Below are positions 57,824-64,000 of a stretch of DNA of 64,000 bases, one piece after another (within the stretch, counting starts at the first letter, position 1; every line of letters starts with the position of its first letter). Below the pieces are notes generated by a model. The model was not told the origin of the DNA. It did not search any database and was given only the letters and a program-made list of their open reading frames with translations. The stretch lies in assembly GCA_049999805.1 (NCBI GenBank), contig JBNGIO010006379.1, positions 997,971-1,061,970 on the forward strand. Direction: 5' to 3'. The stretch is from Folioceros fuciformis. Taxonomy: Eukaryota. The translations under genes and the position numbers were made by a program.

Positions 57824-60800
57824 TCAGTCTTGAGGTATTTGAAGAGCGTCGAGGCCTGAGGCAATGAATATGAAGTTAAGCAGGAAAGGTGACATCCAGC
57901 TTAAGAACAGAATCGACAGCAAATGGAGACCAGCCGCACCTTGCCGCACAGTGGGAACGGCTGCATTGGGAATGTGGAGGCCGACAATTCGCTGCTTGTT
58001 CGTGCTAGTCTCAACGCGAACGACACGTAGTCTCTGATGAATAGCTTTAGCCTGCAAGGAAGAAATTAATTTAGGAGACAAACCGAAGTCACCAGGCCCA
58101 TAAATCAAGGAAGGGGGGCTCATCACACCTGAGTTGCAAGCGCCTTCTCGACGGTTCCCCACACAGGAAGAATTAGCCCACCGATTATGTGCATGATCTG
58201 GATCCTCTTTCCGACGGTGCAGGCAACACCAACTTTGCACTTGGGACCATGCATGCACTGTAGGTAGACACGCGTCAGCAACCCCTAGCACAACCACACC
58301 CCATCCAACGTAAGCTCAATCAGCATGTTACAGACCTGGTTTGCAGTGATTTCGTAGTCCCCCATCCAGCCAGCTTCGGCTGACTCAACGGATGTAATCT
58401 TCCTGTACTTCGAGTTGAACTCGGCCAACGGCATTTCTCTGCACAGCTGGCTAGCATAAGCTCCACACACTTTCTTGACAGACATCCCACCTATCGATGG
58501 CGACTGGGTGCACTGATTCTGGCAGTCCAGGTAAAGCACGATGCAGACAAATAGGGGCTAAAGAAGAGAATGCTGACACAACCTGGGAGCTTCACCACTC
58601 TGTGGACGAAAGATTCGCACGCCTGCTCTTGATCCAGGCCTTTCAAATACAAACCGCCAGCAAGTCATCAGCAAGTGTTTTGAGATGAGGTTGAACGAAA
58701 AGAAAGCCAAGAATCATACCAACTAACCTTTCAATAGCCAGCAGGTGATGATATCTGCCAAGGCACTGACGAATGGACTGGTAGAAGCCATTGACTAGAC
58801 TGTGTCCTTCCCCAAGATTGTCATTCAATGTTTGGCTCGCAATCTGGATATCTCAATCAGCTTGGACCACCGACCGCATATGCAAGCCGTGAATGAAACG
58901 ACACAAGGAAATCGGCGGAAACGAACCTTCCATGTGAGACCTCGGTCAATCTCGAGCACAAATAAAGTTGTCGGGGCTCCCGACAATGGATCCACGTAAA
59001 AGGTCTGGGTTATACCATCTTTAGTCACCAACAGGAACGGAATGTAGAGAGCAAAAGCAGAACTGAAGGAAGAGACCGTACCCGTGGCTGTTCATGCAGT
59101 GCCACGCGATTAGCTTGGATGTCGACAATTCCAGAATCAAACTGTCCAACTTTCCGCGCATTGTGCACCAAGTAATCAAAGATGGTAACGAAGAACTCAA
59201 AAAGCCTGCAGTACAGGGCAATGATAAGGGCATATGGTAGTCATTTGCACGCCTGGTCCAATTATTACACCCACCGATTCTGGCGCTCTGGAGGTAGACC
59301 AAGAGCACGATTGAGAAAGCGCCCAACGTCGTGCATATCAGTCTCCAGAATTCGTCCGAAATGTTTATTACTCTTTCCCCCCGGTGGATAGACTGCACAG
59401 ATGAAATAAGGCTCGAAAGCCCGAAGTCAACCGCCCAGCAGAAACAAACCTTCTGGACCCCATACAATCAACTGTAACATGACTTAAGAAATGAACGAAC
59501 CAGCATCTCTTATAATCCCGACGGTCAAAAGAGCTTCTCTCATATCCTGATAGAATTTCCTTGCATCCTCTGTGTCTGGACCCGTACACTCAGGTGGTGT
59601 AGTGGGACATACCGTCTGTACACGCAGCAGGCAGAGGCAGTGCTTAAGTGAAACACAAATCACAAACCCACAGTACATTTCAATTCATAAGCAGGAGAGG
59701 GAAGACGTAAGGACCTGCTCCATTATTGCCTTGTACATCACTGTCAAGGCTTTCTTTCCATATGGACTGTCATAGTTGAATGCACTCAAAGACGGACCAG
59801 CAGATCTGTAGACAGGAGTGCGCATCAGAAACAGAATGCTATCAGACAAAGCAGCTCCAGAAAGACAAAAGTAGAAAGACCTTCTGTCACCCTGTGTTAG
59901 TGCTCCCAATGTTTCCAGGCGTTTAGCCACTATTGACGCAAATCTTTTTTCTCCTCCAAGAGTTGTAAAAAGCAATCTGCCAGCAAACGGGAAAACAATT
60001 TTGTTCTACAGACATGAATGCTGACATTCTAACATTCACTGAGATGGTCTATACTATCCTAGATCTCCAATGATGCTAAAACTCCAGGAGAAGAGCCGCA
60101 CAAGTACCTGTACTGAGGAGCCGAGGTTTGATTTGAACGATGCGTTCTGCCAAATTGCTGAATGGCACGATCAGCGCTCCACGGAAGCTCAAGTGTAATA
60201 TGCACTCGTCTCCTCTACATAGCAGCCAAGCCTCGACCCTTAGCATCAAGTCTAGATGTCACAATGCTGTACGTCCATTCAGATAATAACAATAATGATA
60301 AGCACTTGTAGCTTCTAACACGAATGATAGCATGATGCAAGGTAGCTTCTAACATATGCTGTGTCAAGAAAGCAGACCTGATTGCGAGCGCGTCTATCGG
60401 CCTGCAGTGATACACCAGCAGATGCTGCCTCAGAAATCACTGCAACTAGTTTCTTTTCATCCATAAACTGCTGTTTCTCATTTATGTTTATCATCTCCAT
60501 CGACACTTCCTTCCTGTTACCCATTGTCTTCACTCAGAGGTCGTATCCTTCACAAAAGTAGTTAAGCAACGGGAAAGAAAGGGTAAGAGGTAAAAGAGAG
60601 TACGTATTCCGAACTTGGTAGACGACACCCTTCCCTTTTGTTGCCCTGACAAGCATCCCACGCCTGCCAGACATCTCAGCAACCGCATCTGGGCCACCAA
60701 GCTAAACACTCACTTTGTTAGGGACCAGTGCACTCAAGAAAGAGAAACACAATCAACAATAGTGCATGCACGGCATCCGATGTCCCATCCACATGTAGTT

Positions 60801-63800
60801 TTCATGGAAAGACGTTTATGTAACAGCCTTTCTCTTGGCTTATCAGACCTGATCAATAATGTCATCAAGAGGATTATTTGGTAAACCCATTCCTTTGATC
60901 ACTTCAAGAACCAGTCGCTTCCGCTCCTTGGCCTCATCGTATCTGAAGAAATTACTTATAAGGTCACCACAGACGTGTTGCTCTTATAACCAGAAAAACA
61001 GACGTGCTTCTACACTTGCCTGCGCCAAAGTTCTTTATGAACCTGGTGAAATTCTGTATTTTTCTCCTCGCAGTTGGAACACACCCAATTATCAGAGAGT
61101 GGTTCCATTGGACAAGGCATAAGGCACACAGTGTGAAAGCCCATGCCACACTGAAAACACTGAATTGTTTCCGGCCCTTCCTGAAATTCAAAAGTAGATT
61201 GCATCATTTCCCGCTTGCTATTTGAAAGAGTAAAGGCTACGGTATAAACTCAGCCTTGAGAACCTCATGGAACACTTACAGCAGTTACATCTTCTCTCTG
61301 GCAGACACCACAGATTCTACCATCGTCGTCACTTTCTCCATGTTCAATGTCTGACTCAGCTGCACATAGTGAAACTAGATAAATGCACAACTAATCCTAC
61401 ATCCACTGTACTTGAGTTCAGAGAATAATTCACACTATTAGCCTCCTCCTCTCTCGTGAATGTCCAAATGGTCGAGTACACGACCCCTTGAACTCAATAG
61501 AAGCAAAGCCTATCCCACATCATGCCATACATGGGTTCAGAGCATACTTTCATCATCATCATCCTCATCAGTAACTTCGTCGGTGGCGTTCTCTGGTGGG
61601 CCTACTTTTATTCGTTTCCCCTTGCCATGCAAACTTGAACTTGCCGCTCGTTTCTCTGATAATTCTGTCCTTGAAAATTCGTCACCTGTACACAAAACAT
61701 TATGTTAAACCTAGAGCACAAGCTATGAGCGCATTCTTTAAAAGGATCTGGATAGAAAGTTCGGATGGAGCGACTTCTTGCAGGAAGAATGCAGCAGGGT
61801 TGCAACTGGCATACGGTCCCTCTCCAATAGACATACCAGAGGGTTTGTACCTTGGCTCCTCAGGCAGAGGAAAGTGCTCATCAACCAACTTCAGCAGGAG
61901 CTCCCTCGGCCCAGAAATGAAATCATCCAGTTCAACACCCTGGGGACGTGAGCACTTTACTAGAGGAACGAATACGAGAAGCTTGGGCAGCTTGAGTGTG
62001 AAAACAGGCACGAGATAGCTCAAAACTACGGTGGTACCTGTTTGGTGATCACTTCTTCTGTTCGAGCTTCGCCTGTACTTTGAAGGCCTATCACCACACA
62101 CTTACCTTCTTCAAGGGCTTGCCTTGCCAGACTCACTGCAGCAGGGACTTTGGCAGCCATGCACATATGCCGGAAAAATCTCTACAATTCATTTCACAGC
62201 CCATGTGTAAGAAACCAGCAGACCTCGCTGGTTTACTGCACAGTCCAATTTCTTATACCGTCTACACAACGTACCTGATGACTTGCCCAGTATAGACGCC
62301 ATAGCTGACTCTGGCTTGGTCTACTTTTCTTTTCAGGAACAGCATCCATAGCAGCCAGAAGGTGGACACGTAGCTCGGACCAGACTCTGACGGCATGCAA
62401 ATACATTTCCTGGATTTGATAAATCAGTTGGTTGAGGCTTGCATTTGAATGGCAACTTTGTAAGGAGGCAAAAAACGTGCTGCTGACCTCCATTGGTGGC
62501 TCTAGAGGCACTTCGCTGATATCGAACTCCGCACCCTTGAAGCTCAGAGTTCGACACACATACATCCCCCTACACATACACATGATGGGTTGAGATAAGG
62601 CCAGACCTAAGAGTTCCTAACATGACCGAAACGAGTAGCACTCCCAAATTGCAAAGCCTGAGCTTTTGAGTTGGTGAAAACCCATTCCACGACCTGAAAT
62701 GAATACAGTCCTCCCAGCTCCCACATGTCATTGCCGACAACACCTATTTGGTTGCTACTCCTGGCAGACATCTGAGAAAGCATTCTAGTGTTTCACAAAA
62801 GCAATGGCTAACCTGGCCTTCATGTCCATAGCCACAAGCTCCAATGCTCCTACTCCTCGTTTCTCAAGGGCCCCTGATTTAAGTCATAAGTCATAATCCA
62901 ACCATACATCCTGGGTACGAGGTTAAAAAACTTCACGTTTGCTATCACAGTAAGGCATGCAGGCATATCTATGGACGCAACTAAAGTGTGATTCCAAAGC
63001 TGTAACTCCATGAGAGGAGATCAATGAGTTAGGGATGGAAAGCTTTGACACAAACCACTCTTCAACAACGTTGACACAGGTGGTCTTGGGCCAATTAAAG
63101 ATCCTTCTAACTAAACCTTACCCAAAAAAGCCTGAAAATTGGGGAAATCTGTTCCAGTTCCCCATAATCCTAGACGAGCCATGTATCCCATGTTGCGAGG
63201 TTCTGACGCTCCAGTTGCAGAGCAGTAGACAACCCGAGCTTGTGGCAACCTATTCTGCTAATCATTAAAAGACAGGAACGAAGTAGGTTCACAAACTGCT
63301 TTGCACGCTCCAATAAAAGCTTGTGACACAGCACCACATACCTGAAGTTCGAGAACAGCTTCGCCTGTTCTAGTTGCCTGCCCTCCAGCTTCAGGGATAA
63401 GATTTTTCGCCTTGTGACACTACGCAGCCCTCCAAAAAAGAAGAGACCAAACTTTAGTGACTCTCAAGCATCACAACCTCCAGACTAGGCTGCAGCAGAT
63501 CTCTCCAGACTTCCAAATGCACCATAACTTGAAGTTCTTACCTCATCGAAGACTATTAGGCCATCATATTGCCCACCAAACCACTGCACCAGCTGATGGA
63601 GCCGTGTGCGACCACTATCGGCTGAGGCTATCAGGCTGCTATATGTGAGGAAGATAACACCCTCCTTAAGGCCTATAGACTTGGAGTCCAGCTTTGCATA
63701 CGAGTATTTATTGAGAGCATGAACTGCGTGAGCATTGAAAGAGCGACACAACACGATGACACACTTGGAAACTTAATAGTCACACTGGGTCTGGCACTGA

Positions 63801-64000
63801 GGTCCGGAATCATCAATGCAGTTTGCAGCACAACACAAAGTTCGACTGCGCAAAAACAACAAGTTTGACAGTGCATCACACCGACACCGCTCCTCACAAA
63901 AATCCGCTCACCTTCCACCTCTTTCGCTCCAACATCATCTAAATCCCGCCGAGCATCATATTTAAGGTCCGACCCAACAGACAACCATCTGCATACAATG
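57824..64000 (-). CDS. FGT1: FORGETTER1 / EMB1135 (strawberry notch homologue: helicase-like domains + PHD finger), 3' part; 5' end lies beyond the window
   Basis: [82 protein letters not shown] (FHTVCL..WVCSNC), [55 protein letters not shown] and RIVGLHIPN. Stop at 57824-57826. Confidence 0.96.

Overview
Gene-dense, GC-balanced eukaryotic nuclear DNA with short introns (mostly 60-150 nt), interrupted by AT-rich islands of decayed transposons and two 100-N gaps. Land-plant gene families plus a cilium/basal-body gene (DZIP1-like) suggest a seed-free land plant with flagellated sperm, such as a hornwort, another bryophyte or a lycophyte (inference). Gene order: 5' part of an unknown acidic protein (-), C53/CDK5RAP3 (-), mRNA capping enzyme (+), PPR-SMR protein (-), a 70-aa two-exon small protein (+), DZIP1/Iguana-like gene with a U12 AT-AC intron (-), decayed Ty1/copia island, kinesin-5 (+), F-box/kelch (-), PLS-PPR pseudogene (-), GIP1/DUF1296 (UBAP2-like) (+), intronless NSE6/SLF2-like ORF (+), repeat island, G3BP-like NTF2-RRM-RGG gene (-), LINE remnant, RHF2A-like RING-H2 E3 ligase (+), Harbinger remnant, and FORGETTER1/strawberry notch (-, runs off the window). 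Main observation: the unrelated GIP1/UBAP2-like and G3BP-like genes, whose ATGs are about 12 kb apart on opposite strands, carry a homologous 5' module. It comprises collinear conserved promoter/leader blocks, an identical 22-nt hairpin element containing an AUG-CCC-UGA minimal uORF, a 5'-UTR intron and an identical MAGPGSGAA N-terminus with only synonymous differences. The GIP1 protein also has an FGSF motif of the type that binds G3BP NTF2 domains. This looks like a duplicated or captured regulatory cassette co-regulating two predicted stress-granule partners. No tRNA, rRNA or CRISPR array was seen. Exon boundaries were read by eye.
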